Shown piece by piece: positions 8,759 to 18,241 of a stretch of 64,000 nt of DNA (position 1 is the stretch's first letter; every line of letters begins with the position of its first letter). A program made the translations under genes and the position numbers. The DNA is from an uncultured Collinsella sp. (GTDB taxonomy: Bacteria; Actinomycetota; Coriobacteriia; Coriobacteriales; Coriobacteriaceae). The stretch spans positions 1,708 through 65,707 of the forward strand of contig CAAENA010000090.1 in assembly GCA_900757205.1 (NCBI GenBank), read 5' to 3'. The notes beneath the pieces are model-generated. The model was given only the letters and a program-made list of their open reading frames with translations, did no database searches and was not told where the DNA came from.

Positions 8759-11332
8759 CTAGAACGTCTGCTCGTAGTCGCTGTGTTTTTTGGCCGAACG
8801 CACCAGGAACTCCTGGTTGGTGTTGGTGCCCTTAAGACCCTTGATAAACGATGCGGCCGCACGCTCGGTGTTGTTCATGCCTGCAAGAATGCGACGTAGA
8901 CCAAAGACAAACGGACGCATCTGCTCGTCGACCAACAGATCCTCGTTACGCGTACCGGAGGCAACGGGGTCGATAGCCGGGAAGATGCGGCGGTCGGCCA
9001 GGTCGCGGTCGAGCTTAAGCTCCATGTTGCCGGTGCCCTTGAACTCCTCAAAGATGACCTCGTCCATCTTGGAACCGGTGTCGATGAGGGCAGAGGCCAG
9101 GATGGTGAGCGAGCCACCGTTCTCGATATTGCGGGCTGCGCCCAGGAAGCGCTTGGGCGGATACAGGGCCGCCGAATCGACGCCGCCCGAAAGGATGCGG
9201 CCCGAGGCGGGCGCCGCCAAGTTGTAAGCGCGGGCGAGGCGCGTGATGGAGTCGAGCACCACCACGACGTCGCCACCCAGCTCAACAATGCGCTTGGCGC
9301 GCTCGATGACGAGCTCAGCCACGCGGGTGTGGTTGTCGGCAGGCATATCGAAGGTCGACGCCACAACCTCACCCTTGATGGAACGCTGCATATCGGTGAC
9401 CTCTTCGGGGCGCTCGTCGACGAGCAGGCAGATGAGGTGCACCTCGGGGTTGTTAATCGAGATAGACTGACAGATCTTCTTGAGGATCGTGGTCTTGCCG
9501 GCCTTGGGCGGGGACACGATCAGGCCACGCTGACCCTTGCCGATCGGTGACACGATGTCGATGGCGCGACCGGTAATAGAGTCCTTGCCGTGCTCCATGC
9601 GCAGCGGCTCGTTGGGATAGACCGGGGTGAGGTCGCCGAACTTGGGACGGTTGCGAATCTGCTCGGGGTCCAGACCGTTGACGGTCGTGATTTTGGCGAG
9701 GCCGGCGCGCTTGTCGCCGCCGCGCGAAGGACGCAGCGAGCCCTCGATGACATCGCCCGTACGCAGACGCGCGGAGCGGATGAGGTAGGCGGGCACGAAG
9801 GCGTCGTCGTTGGACTTCATGTAGCCATGGGCGTGGATGATGCCGGAGCTGTCCGGGCGAATCTGCAGAATGCCCTTGATGTCGCGGAAGCCCTCGGCCT
9901 TCGCAGCGGTGACGTAGATTTCCTCGACGAGCTCGGCCTTCTTCTTGCCGGTCGTCTCGATCTCGAACTCCTTGGCCTTCTCGCGAAGTTCGGCGACCTT
10001 CATGGCCGCGAGTTCCTCGCGCGAAAGTGTGGGCTCGGTCGGAGCGGCATTGCGCTCCTTGTTGCGCTGCTTGCGATCGCGCTGACGGTTGCGGCGGTCG
10101 TTGTTGCGGTCGTCCTTGCGCTCGTTGCGCTCGTCGTTGCGCTTGTGTTGGCGACGGTTGGGGCGAGCGCCGTCTTCGCCCTCGGCGGGGGCGGCACCAT
10201 CGGTTGCGGCGGTGTCAACATTGGCCGCAGCGGCGTCATTGGCCTCGGCGCCGGAATCGACCTGCGCTTCGACATCAGTCTGCTGCTCGGACGCCTTGGC
10301 CTTAGCGGACTTCTTACGACCGCGCTTGGGCTTCTCGGACGCAGACTGTTCGACGTCCTGGGGCTCGGCGGCATCAATCGATGCATCGGCGGTCGTCTCG
10401 GCGGAATCCTCGGACGCACCCTTCTTGGCAGCCTTAGCCTTGGACGTGCGCTTAGCAGCAGTGCGACGGCTGCGACCGGGACGGACGTCGGCGGGCTCGG
10501 CATCGGCAGAAACGGCCTTGGAAGTCGTAGCATCCTGGACGGGTGCATCGGCAGCAGTTGAGGACTTGGCGGTCGCCGCGGCATCCCGAGCGGCGGCGGC
10601 TGCGGCTGCGGCCTTCTCGGCCTCGACAAAGGCCTTGGGCTTGCGACCGCGACGGTGCGGGCGCAAAGCCGGATCGACAACGGGAACTTCGCTGGCCTCG
10701 ACAGGCGCAGCGGGCTCAACAGGCGATGTGCCCTCCCCTGCCGCGGAACGGACCGAAGCCTCAGTGAGCTCGGGGGTTACCCGTTCAGCAACCTGCTCGG
10801 CCTTAGCAGCCGTGCGACGGCGTGTGCGCGGTACCGGCTTCTCGGTCGGCTGGTCGGCGACAGGAGTCTCGGTGGCGGCAGGCGTCTCGAGCACAGACGG
10901 AGCTGCAAGCTCGGTCAGAGCCGCGGCCTCGCGCTCGGCAGCACGACGGCGGGCGCGCGCCACCTGAGCCTCGCTAATCTGCGCCAACGCACGTGCCTGC
11001 GCGACCTCATCGGAAATCGGCGCCGAGGAGTCAGCTGCAACGGTGAGCTTGGCGCGCGTCGTGCGCGTGGTACGGCGCTTTGGCTTGGTGACCTCCTCGC
11101 CGTCAGCGGCAGGCTTGGCCGTGCGGCGCATGCGCTTGGGCTTTGCCGGAGCAGCCTCCTCACCAGTTGCAGGCACGGCCTTCTCAGCCGCTACAGGCAT
11201 AGGCGTCGAAGCAGCCTTAGGCGTCTCAGGAGCCGAGGCTTGCGCGGGCGCCGCGACCTGGTCCGACGCAACCGGTACAGCGGGAGCGGCCTGCGTCGTC
11301 GTTATTTCGTTTTCTTGCTGTTGATCAGACAC
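8759..11332 (-). CDS. rho: Transcription termination factor Rho with a long N-terminal low-complexity extension
   Basis: PIGKGQRGLIVSPPKAGKT, DERPEEVTDM, LDSITRLARAYN and FEEFKGTGNMEL. GTG start. Confidence 0.95.
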   Translation of the reverse strand: MSDQQQENEITTTQAAPAVPVASDQVAAPAQASAPETPKAASTPMPVAAEKAVPATGEEAAPAKPKRMRRTAKPAADGEEVTKPKRRTTRTTRAKLTVAADSSAPISDEVAQARALAQISEAQVARARRRAAEREAAALTELAAPSVLETPAATETPVADQPTEKPVPRTRRRTAAKAEQVAERVTPELTEASVRSAAGEGTSPVEPAAPVEASEVPVVDPALRPHRRGRKPKAFVEAEKAAAAAAAARDAAATAKSSTAADAPVQDATTSKAVSADAEPADVRPGRSRRTAAKRTSKAKAAKKGASEDSAETTADASIDAAEPQDVEQSASEKPKRGRKKSAKAKASEQQTDVEAQVDSGAEANDAAAANVDTAATDGAAPAEGEDGARPNRRQHKRNDERNERKDDRNNDRRNRQRDRKQRNKERNAAPTEPTLSREELAAMKVAELREKAKEFEIETTGKKKAELVEEIYVTAAKAEGFRDIKGILQIRPDSSGIIHAHGYMKSNDDAFVPAYLIRSARLRTGDVIEGSLRPSRGGDKRAGLAKITTVNGLDPEQIRNRPKFGDLTPVYPNEPLRMEHGKDSITGRAIDIVSPIGKGQRGLIVSPPKAGKTTILKKICQSISINNPEVHLICLLVDERPEEVTDMQRSIKGEVVASTFDMPADNHTRVAELVIERAKRIVELGGDVVVVLDSITRLARAYNLAAPASGRILSGGVDSAALYPPKRFLGAARNIENGGSLTILASALIDTGSKMDEVIFEEFKGTGNMELKLDRDLADRRIFPAIDPVASGTRNEDLLVDEQMRPFVFGLRRILAGMNNTERAAASFIKGLKGTNTNQEFLVRSAKKHSDYEQTF

Positions 11333-11588
11333 AGTGTTTGCTCAACTTTCTTTTCAAGCCCTGTGATCACATGCTCCCTGCATAAACCTTCAGGGCGGCT
11401 AAACAGTCTAGTTCCGTTCAAAACGACGGACATCATTGATCTGTATCGAGATGATTGCGTCAACTACGCAGCGTTAGTGTAACACAACCGCCGCCACCTG
11501 CAACTTAGTCATTGGGGGAACGTTCTTAAACGATTAGTCAAAAGGGACACTCTTTGTTTGCCACCCACAAATCTGACTGCCTCCGCCA

Positions 11589-11738
11589 AAACTATGGCGG
11601 TTTACTACGATGAATCGCTCAACCGCGACCACTCCGAAACTTGTTGAACTAAAACCGCAGGTAGATACCTTGCACTTTTTAGCAAAAAGCCGGCGTGGTT
11701 AGAATTCCTCAATTCATCGTAGTAAACCGGCATAGTTT
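11589..11738. repeat. ~150 bp element with long terminal inverted repeats
   Basis: AAACTATGGCGGTTTACTACGATGAAT (11589-11615) pairs with ATTCATCGTAGTAAACCGGCATAGTTT (11712-11738). Central AAAACCGCAGGTAGA. Confidence 0.8.
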
Positions 11739-11784
11739 CGTATTTCTAGCAGCTCCAAATTCGTCAATACGTCGGCGTTTGCGA

Positions 11785-11817
11785 AAAAAGCCCGACCTCC
11801 GTGGGAGATCGGGCTTA
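11785..11817 (-). terminator. Terminator downstream of argS
   Basis: AAAAAAGCCCGACCTCC...GGAGATCGGGCTT hairpin with a U run on the minus strand. Confidence 0.75.
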
Positions 11818-11862
11818 TAGGGCTCAGTTAAACCAAACCTACACGGTCAAATGACCCGCAGG

Positions 11863-13716
11863 TTACATCTGCTCGGGCGCGGAAACGCCAACGAGGGTGA
11901 GCACCAGGGCGAGCGTCACGCGGACGGCATCGCAAGCGGCCAGACGGGCACGCGAAAGTTCGGGGTCGACGGGACGGCCCTCGCTCGGCAGAACCTGGCA
12001 GGCAGCGTAGAAGCTGTGGAAGTCACCGGCGAGCTCCTCGGCAAAGTGCGTCAGACGGAACGGGGCGCGATCGCGAGCGCAGCTGGCGATCAGGTCGGTA
12101 AGCTCATTGAGCTTGCGCGAAAGGGCGAGCTCGGTCGGGTCGGTCAGCAGCGAGTAATCGACGTTCTCACCGATGGCCTTGGCGGCAACGGCCTTCATGC
12201 CCATCTCGTCGGCCTGCTCAGGCGTTACGTCAGCGGCACGGCGCAGGATGGAGCAGACGCGAGCGTGAGCGTACTGCACGTAATAGACCGGGTTGGAGTT
12301 GTCGCGCTTCTTAACGGCCTCAATGTCGAAGTCGACCATCTGGTTGGAGCTCTTGGAGATGAGCGTGTAGCGAGCGGCATCGGAGCCGACCTCGTCGACG
12401 AGCTCCTGCAGGGTCACCATGGTGCCCTTGCGCTTGGACATACGGACGGGCTTGCCGTTACGCAGCAGGTTGACGAGCTGGCCCAGTAGAACCTCGAACT
12501 TGCCGGGGTAACCCAGAGCGTCGCAGACGCAGCGGACGCGCTCGATGTAACCGTGGTGGTCGGCGCCCCAGATGTCGATGACGTGATCGACGCGCTGGAA
12601 CTTATCCCAGTGATAGGCGACGTCGGAGGCGAAGTAGGTGTACTCGCCGTCGGACTTGATCAGGACGCGGTCCTTGTCGTCGCCCAGGTCGGTGGAACGG
12701 AACCACAGGGCGCCGTCCTTGGTGTAGAGGTAGCCCATCTTGTCGAGCTTCTCAAAAGCGCGGTCGACGGCAGAGGTGCCGGCGGTCTCGCCCTCGGTGT
12801 CCTTCACGTACAGCGAGCGCTCGGAGTACCAACGATCAAAGTCGCAGTTGACGGCGTGGCAGAGGTCGCGCATGTTGTCGACCATCTTCACGTAGCCGCG
12901 CTCACGGAAGCTCTCCATGCGCTCCTGCGGATCGGCGTCGACCCACTTGTCACCGTCGGTGCGCCAGAACTCGGCAGCCTCATCGATGATGTAGTCGCCG
13001 CCGTAGGAGTCCTTGCCCAGGGTCTCGGCAAAGTTGTCCTGATACGGATGGGTCTCGGGATGTTCGTCGTTCTCGTCGGCAACGAAGGCGTCGCGATCGG
13101 CGATCAGCAGCTTGTGAGCCTCGTCGATATCCACACCCTGCTTGGCAATGATATCGGCAAGCTGCATATAGCGCGTGCTGATGGAGTTGCCGAAGGTGTT
13201 CATCTGGGAGCCGTGATCGTTGATGTAGAACTCACGCTGGATGTCGTAACCGGCATGGTCCATGACGCGGCAAAGGGAGTCGCCCAGAGCGGCCCAGCGG
13301 CCGTGGCCGATGTGCATGGGGCCGACGGGGTTGGCGGAGACGAACTCGACCTGAGTCTTCAGGCCGCCGCCGACGTTGGACTTAGCAAAGTCCATACCCT
13401 TCTCGCGGGCCTCGCCAAAGATGGCGTTCTTGACGGCGACGGAGAGGTAGAAGTTGATGAAACCGGGGCCGGCGATCTCGACCTTCTCGATCGCGGGGTC
13501 CTCGGGCATATGGGCAACGACGGCCTCGGCGATCTTGCGCGGGGCGCAGTGAGCCAGCTTGGCGGACTTCAGGGCCATGGTGGAGGTCCACTCGCCATGA
13601 GAAGTATCAGCCGGTCGCTCGATAGCGCAATCGTCAAGTTCAAATGCGGAAAGGTCGCCGGCCTCCTGGGCCGCTGCAAGCGCAGCGCGTACCAGCTCTT
13701 CAATCTTCTCGGGCAT
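11863..13716 (-). CDS. argS: Arginine--tRNA ligase
   Basis: EFVSANPVGPMHIGHGR (HIGH), RMSKRKG and YVQYAHAR. GGAGG RBS before ATG 13716. Confidence 0.95.
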   Translation of the reverse strand: MPEKIEELVRAALAAAQEAGDLSAFELDDCAIERPADTSHGEWTSTMALKSAKLAHCAPRKIAEAVVAHMPEDPAIEKVEIAGPGFINFYLSVAVKNAIFGEAREKGMDFAKSNVGGGLKTQVEFVSANPVGPMHIGHGRWAALGDSLCRVMDHAGYDIQREFYINDHGSQMNTFGNSISTRYMQLADIIAKQGVDIDEAHKLLIADRDAFVADENDEHPETHPYQDNFAETLGKDSYGGDYIIDEAAEFWRTDGDKWVDADPQERMESFRERGYVKMVDNMRDLCHAVNCDFDRWYSERSLYVKDTEGETAGTSAVDRAFEKLDKMGYLYTKDGALWFRSTDLGDDKDRVLIKSDGEYTYFASDVAYHWDKFQRVDHVIDIWGADHHGYIERVRCVCDALGYPGKFEVLLGQLVNLLRNGKPVRMSKRKGTMVTLQELVDEVGSDAARYTLISKSSNQMVDFDIEAVKKRDNSNPVYYVQYAHARVCSILRRAADVTPEQADEMGMKAVAAKAIGENVDYSLLTDPTELALSRKLNELTDLIASCARDRAPFRLTHFAEELAGDFHSFYAACQVLPSEGRPVDPELSRARLAACDAVRVTLALVLTLVGVSAPEQM

Positions 13717-14058
13717 AGATCCTCCTTGTGTTAAAGCCCCCGAGCTCTTGGTCACTCGTAGGGCAAAAGCCAGAGTTTGTAGCACTCTATCACAAGCGGT
13801 AGCTACTGTCGCAGGGTAAAGTTAATCGATATTGCATATGCACAAAAATGACTACAGCTCGCACAGGGCCACTCAAAGATAGCGGTCTGCCTGCTGATTG
13901 TGCACCTGCCCAAAATGCATAAACATGTGCATGAGCTGCTCGGAATATCGAATACTCTTACCTATCGGAATTGTGTGCTTTTCCTGCATAAAGTGATGGT
14001 TTGCGCACGTCAGCGTGGTATTCTAGACATACGCAAATTCGTATAAGTTGGAGGTAGC

Positions 14059-14544
14059 ATGTTCTCAATCGGTCAACACGTCATTCATCCGGGTCAGGGC
14101 GTCTGCACCGTCGTCGGTTTTAGGGACGACACGCCGCAGCCCATGTTGCTGCTCGAGACCAAGCAGGGGCATGCGCAGACGATTCTAATGTACCCCGTGG
14201 CGCAGGCCAACCGTCTACATGCCGCCATCTCTCAACAGGATGCCGAGCACCTGCTGAGCCACTACGACGAGCTGGAGTGCGACACCTTTACCGAGCGCAA
14301 CAGCTCGCTTGAGGAAACGCACTTTAAGCAGCAGCTTAAGCTAGGCGCACCCGAGACGGTCCGTGTGGCAAAAACCATGATGCACCGCATTCGCCAGGCC
14401 GAGGAAGCTGATAAAAAGCCCAGCTCCTACTACATGCGCGTACTCAAGGAGGCCAAGCGTCGTTCCATCGAGGAGTTCGCCGTGGCCTTGGGCGTCACCG
14501 AGGAGGACGCCGAAGCTCGCCTAGCCCAAGCCGCCCTCAACTAA
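14059..14544 (+). CDS. carD: CarD family transcriptional regulator
   Basis: MFSIGQHVIHPGQGVCTV N-terminus typical of CarD. GGAGG RBS. Confidence 0.8.
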   Translation: MFSIGQHVIHPGQGVCTVVGFRDDTPQPMLLLETKQGHAQTILMYPVAQANRLHAAISQQDAEHLLSHYDELECDTFTERNSSLEETHFKQQLKLGAPETVRVAKTMMHRIRQAEEADKKPSSYYMRVLKEAKRRSIEEFAVALGVTEEDAEARLAQAALN

Positions 14545-14556
14545 CCCATCCGCGCC

Positions 14557-14598
14557 AAAAACCACCACAAAGGGGACAGACACCTTTGTGGTGGTTTT
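14557..14598. repeat. REP-like palindrome, family A copy 1
   Basis: AAAACCACCACAAAGG-GGACAGACA-CCTTTGTGGTGGTTTT. Confidence 0.9.
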
Positions 14599-14652
14599 CT
14601 TGTTCTAGTAGTATTCATTCTTATCGATACCCACGAGCACAAGGAGTCTCTT

Positions 14653-15252
14653 ATGGCAGAGCCGCTTACCGCCGGAATCACCCGCGACCGCGCGTTCGAA
14701 CTGCTCAACGAACACAACAAGGACCCGTTCCACATCACCCATGGCGAGACGGTCGAGGGCACTATGCGCTACTTTGCGCGCGAGTTCGACCCCGAGAACG
14801 AGGAGTTTTGGGGCATCGTCGGTCTGCTGCACGACCTGGATTGGGAGGAGCATGAGGACGACCCCATGAACCACACCATCTATGCTGCCGAGATTCTTGA
14901 GGGCGAAGGTGCGTCTCCCGAGCTCATTCGCGCCATCCAGACGCACACGTCCGATTTCAACACCTCGCTGCCCAAACCCGAGCTGCAGATGGAAAAGATC
15001 CTGTTTGCCTGCGATGAGCTCACCGGCCTAATCGGCGCTGCAGTCATCATGCGCCCGAGCAAGAGCGTTATGGACTTTACGACCAAGTCGCTCAAGAAGA
15101 AGTTCAAGGACAAACGCTTTGCCGCCGGCTGCTCGCGCGACGTGATTTCGCAGGGCGCCGAGTTGTTGGGCTGGGAGCTCCCCGAGCTCTTTGACCGCAC
15201 CATAGCGGCCATGCAGTCCTTCGCCCCCGACCGCGATACCTTCCAGGCCTAA
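14653..15252 (+). CDS. HD-domain hydrolase
   Basis: WGIVGLLHDLD, LFACDELTGLI and SLKKKFKDKRFAAG. AAGGAG RBS. Confidence 0.85.
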   Translation: MAEPLTAGITRDRAFELLNEHNKDPFHITHGETVEGTMRYFAREFDPENEEFWGIVGLLHDLDWEEHEDDPMNHTIYAAEILEGEGASPELIRAIQTHTSDFNTSLPKPELQMEKILFACDELTGLIGAAVIMRPSKSVMDFTTKSLKKKFKDKRFAAGCSRDVISQGAELLGWELPELFDRTIAAMQSFAPDRDTFQA

Positions 15253-15267
15253 CCGCCCACGCCACCT

Positions 15268-15308
15268 AAAACCGCCACAAAGGGGACAGGCACCTTTGTG
15301 GCGGTTTT
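15268..15308. repeat. REP-like palindrome, family A copy 2
   Basis: AAAACCGCCACAAAGG-GGACAGGCA-CCTTTGTGGCGGTTTT, with a compensatory stem change relative to copy 1. Confidence 0.9.
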
Positions 15309-15322
15309 CGTTTACGAGGGGT

Positions 15323-16609
15323 TTAGGGGCGGACCTGGCCGGTGCCGCGGAGCTTGTATTTGTAGGTGGTGAGGGCCTCGGCGGCAAAGGGGCCACGGGC
15401 GTGGAGCTTTTGGGTCGAGATGCCGATCTCGGCGCCCAGGCCAAACTCGCCGCCGTCGGTAAAGCGCGTGCTGGCGTTGGCGTACACGGCCGAGGCATCG
15501 ACCTCGTCCAGGAAGCGCTCGCAAGCATCCGTGTCCTCTGCAACGATGGCCTCAGAGTGCATCGTGCCGTAGCGGTTGATGTGCGCGATGGCCTCGTCCT
15601 CGTTCGCCACGACCTTCACGCTCATCTCGAGCGCCAGATACTCGCGACCCCAGTCCTCCTCAGTCGCGGCAACGCAGTCATCGCCCTCGGCAAGCCCGGC
15701 GTCGGCGCATGCGGCGCACGTGGCCTCGTCGCCGTGAATGAGCACGCCGTGGTCATGCAGCACGGCCACGACCGCGGGCAAAAACGCATCGGCCACGGCA
15801 CGGTCGACCAGCAGCGACTCGGCGGCATTGCACACGCCTACACGCTGGGTCTTGGCATTAACGATAATGTTGAGCGCCTTATCAAAGTCGGCGGACTCAT
15901 GCACGTAGATGTGACAGTTGCCCGTGCCCGTCTCGATCACCGGCACAAGCGACTCGCGCACGCAGCGCTGGATCAGGCCTGCACCGCCGCGCGGAATGAG
16001 TACGTCGACAATGCCGCGGAGCTTCATGAGCTCGCCAGTTGCCTCGCGGTCGGTGGACTCGATCATCGACACGGCCTCGCGCGGGAAGCCCTTGGCCTCG
16101 AGCGCATCGGCCAGCAGCTCAGAAATCATGGCACACGAGTGATAGGCCAGCGAGCCGCCGCGCAGAATGCAGGCGTTGCCGGTACGGATGCAGATGCCTG
16201 CGGCGTCGGCCGTCACGTTGGGGCGCGCCTCGTAGACCATAGCGACCAGGCCCAGCGGCACACTCACACGGGTCAGGTCCACGCCACTTGCAAGCACGCG
16301 GTGGTCGAGCACGCGGCCCACGGGATCGGGCAGCTCGGCGAGCTTTTCCAGGCCGGCGGCCATGCCCTCGACGCGCTCAGGCGTCAGCAGCAGACGGTCG
16401 AGGAGTCCCGCCGAGGTACCCGCATCGCGCGCGGCGGACATATCGAGCTCGTTGGCGGCGACGATGGAGTCGACACCGTTGCGTAGTGCTGCGGCCATGG
16501 CGCGCACGGCCTCCTGGCGCTGTTCATCGCTCGCCGTGGCAAGCGAGACCGACGCTGCCTTGGCTGCAACGGCAAGATCGAGGACATACGTGGCTATATC
16601 GACCGACAT
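15323..16609 (-). CDS. proA: Glutamate-5-semialdehyde dehydrogenase
   Basis: VYEARPNVT, LIPRGGAGLI, VCNAAES and NASTRFTDGGEFGLGAEIGISTQKLHARGP. Confidence 0.95.
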   Translation of the reverse strand: MSVDIATYVLDLAVAAKAASVSLATASDEQRQEAVRAMAAALRNGVDSIVAANELDMSAARDAGTSAGLLDRLLLTPERVEGMAAGLEKLAELPDPVGRVLDHRVLASGVDLTRVSVPLGLVAMVYEARPNVTADAAGICIRTGNACILRGGSLAYHSCAMISELLADALEAKGFPREAVSMIESTDREATGELMKLRGIVDVLIPRGGAGLIQRCVRESLVPVIETGTGNCHIYVHESADFDKALNIIVNAKTQRVGVCNAAESLLVDRAVADAFLPAVVAVLHDHGVLIHGDEATCAACADAGLAEGDDCVAATEEDWGREYLALEMSVKVVANEDEAIAHINRYGTMHSEAIVAEDTDACERFLDEVDASAVYANASTRFTDGGEFGLGAEIGISTQKLHARGPFAAEALTTYKYKLRGTGQVRP

Positions 16610-16721
16610 GGGCGGCCCTTTCTCCTAGAAGTTTGCAACCATGGTAGCCGATTTGCGCATGGCCTCGCCCGCGGCGGTAGAATTGGTCAACCCGAAACAC
16701 CGCAACGAACGGAAGACTCAC

Positions 16722-18140
16722 ATGGCCCTCATCACTTCGTACCACGTCCCCGGCCTTTACGTCGAGGACCACAGCATCGACGTCCCCCTTGACTGGCGCG
16801 GCCTGGAGCCGATGCTCCTGGCCGTCGGCAGCACCATGCGCCGCGGCGCCATGCCGGCGCCCATCGCCGGCGCGCCCGAGAGCATCAAGCTCTTCTACCG
16901 CGTGGCTTGCGCACCCGACCGCATCAACGACGACCTGCCGCTCCTTCTCTTTTTGCAGGGCGGCCCCGGCGGCGAGAGCCCGCGTCCGCTGTCGCCCACG
17001 AGCGACGGCTGGATCGAGGAGGCCGTCAAGCACTTCCGCGTGGTCCTGCCCGACCAGCGCGGCACCGGACGCAGCAGCTGTGTTGACGGACGCACGATCG
17101 CGGCCTTGGGCGAGCGCGCCGAGGCAGCCGGCGCCGATGCGGCCCGCTCGCAGGCGGACTTCCTCAAGCGTCACCTCGCCAGCTCTAACGTGCGCGATTT
17201 TGAGTACCTGCGCCTGGTAGGCTTTGGCGGCAGGCCCTGGGTCACACTCGGGCAGAGCTACGGCGGCTTTTTGACGCTGAGTTATCTGTCGCTCTTCCCC
17301 GAGGGCGTGGCGGCAAGCTTTACCTGCGGCGGCATCCCCCACGTGCCGGCGAGCGCAAGCGAAGTCTACACGCACACCTTCCCGCGCATGGTCGCCAAGA
17401 CGCAGCAGTATTACGACCGCTACCCTGCCGACGTCGAGCGCGTGGCAGCCCTGGCCGATGCGCTCGAGGCTCAGAAGCCCGTGCTGCCCGACGGCTCGCC
17501 GATGACGGTCGAGCGCCTACAGCTCATGGGCAGCGACTTTGGCATGAAGCCGAGCTTTGAGCGCATGCATTGGATTATCGATCACGCTTTTGTTGACGGC
17601 GACGGCACGCTGACCTGCGGCGCCTCGGTATCCGACAGCTTTTTGATGCGCGCCTTCGAGCGCACCAACACGCGCACGAATCCGCTGTACTGGACGCTGC
17701 AGGAGTTCATATACGCCGACGGTGACACCATGCCCATTGGCTGGGCCGCGGCTGAAGAGAAGGCACACCGCGCCGAGTTTGACACCCTCGCGCGCCCGCT
17801 CATGTTTACCGGCGAGGCCATGTTCCCGTGGATGTTCGAGCAGATGCCCGAGCTCAAGCCCTTCAAGCCCGCCATGGACCTGCTGATGGAAGACACCAGC
17901 TGGGACAAGATCTATGACCCGCAGCGCCTGGCCTGCAACGAGGTGCCGCTCCAGGCCGCGGTGTACTTCGATGACATGTACGTCGATTCGAGTCTGCAGC
18001 TCGACACGCTCAGCCGCGTGGGCAACTCGCACGCCTGGGTAACCAACGAGTTCGAGCACGACGGCCTGCACGGCAGTGTGGTATTCAAGCACCTCTTCGA
18101 CGAGTCCCTCAACCGCGGAGACCTGCGCCGAATCTTCTAG
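16722..18140 (+). CDS. Proline iminopeptidase-like alpha/beta hydrolase
   Basis: LFLQGGPG, DQRGTGRS, LGQSYGG nucleophile elbow and TNEFEHDGL. Confidence 0.85.
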   Translation: MALITSYHVPGLYVEDHSIDVPLDWRGLEPMLLAVGSTMRRGAMPAPIAGAPESIKLFYRVACAPDRINDDLPLLLFLQGGPGGESPRPLSPTSDGWIEEAVKHFRVVLPDQRGTGRSSCVDGRTIAALGERAEAAGADAARSQADFLKRHLASSNVRDFEYLRLVGFGGRPWVTLGQSYGGFLTLSYLSLFPEGVAASFTCGGIPHVPASASEVYTHTFPRMVAKTQQYYDRYPADVERVAALADALEAQKPVLPDGSPMTVERLQLMGSDFGMKPSFERMHWIIDHAFVDGDGTLTCGASVSDSFLMRAFERTNTRTNPLYWTLQEFIYADGDTMPIGWAAAEEKAHRAEFDTLARPLMFTGEAMFPWMFEQMPELKPFKPAMDLLMEDTSWDKIYDPQRLACNEVPLQAAVYFDDMYVDSSLQLDTLSRVGNSHAWVTNEFEHDGLHGSVVFKHLFDESLNRGDLRRIF

Positions 18141-18241
18141 CAAAGGAGTGTCCCCACCTGCCGGCACAATAGAAACGTCCCCAAGTGCCGGAAAAGGAGA
18201 GGCAGCACTGCTGGCAAAACGAGCCGCAGCGCTGCCTCTCT

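Noticed and set aside
13717..14058. Possible T-box leaders upstream of argS, and of trpS at 24466-24624
   Set aside because: No T-box consensus or antiterminator found by eye.
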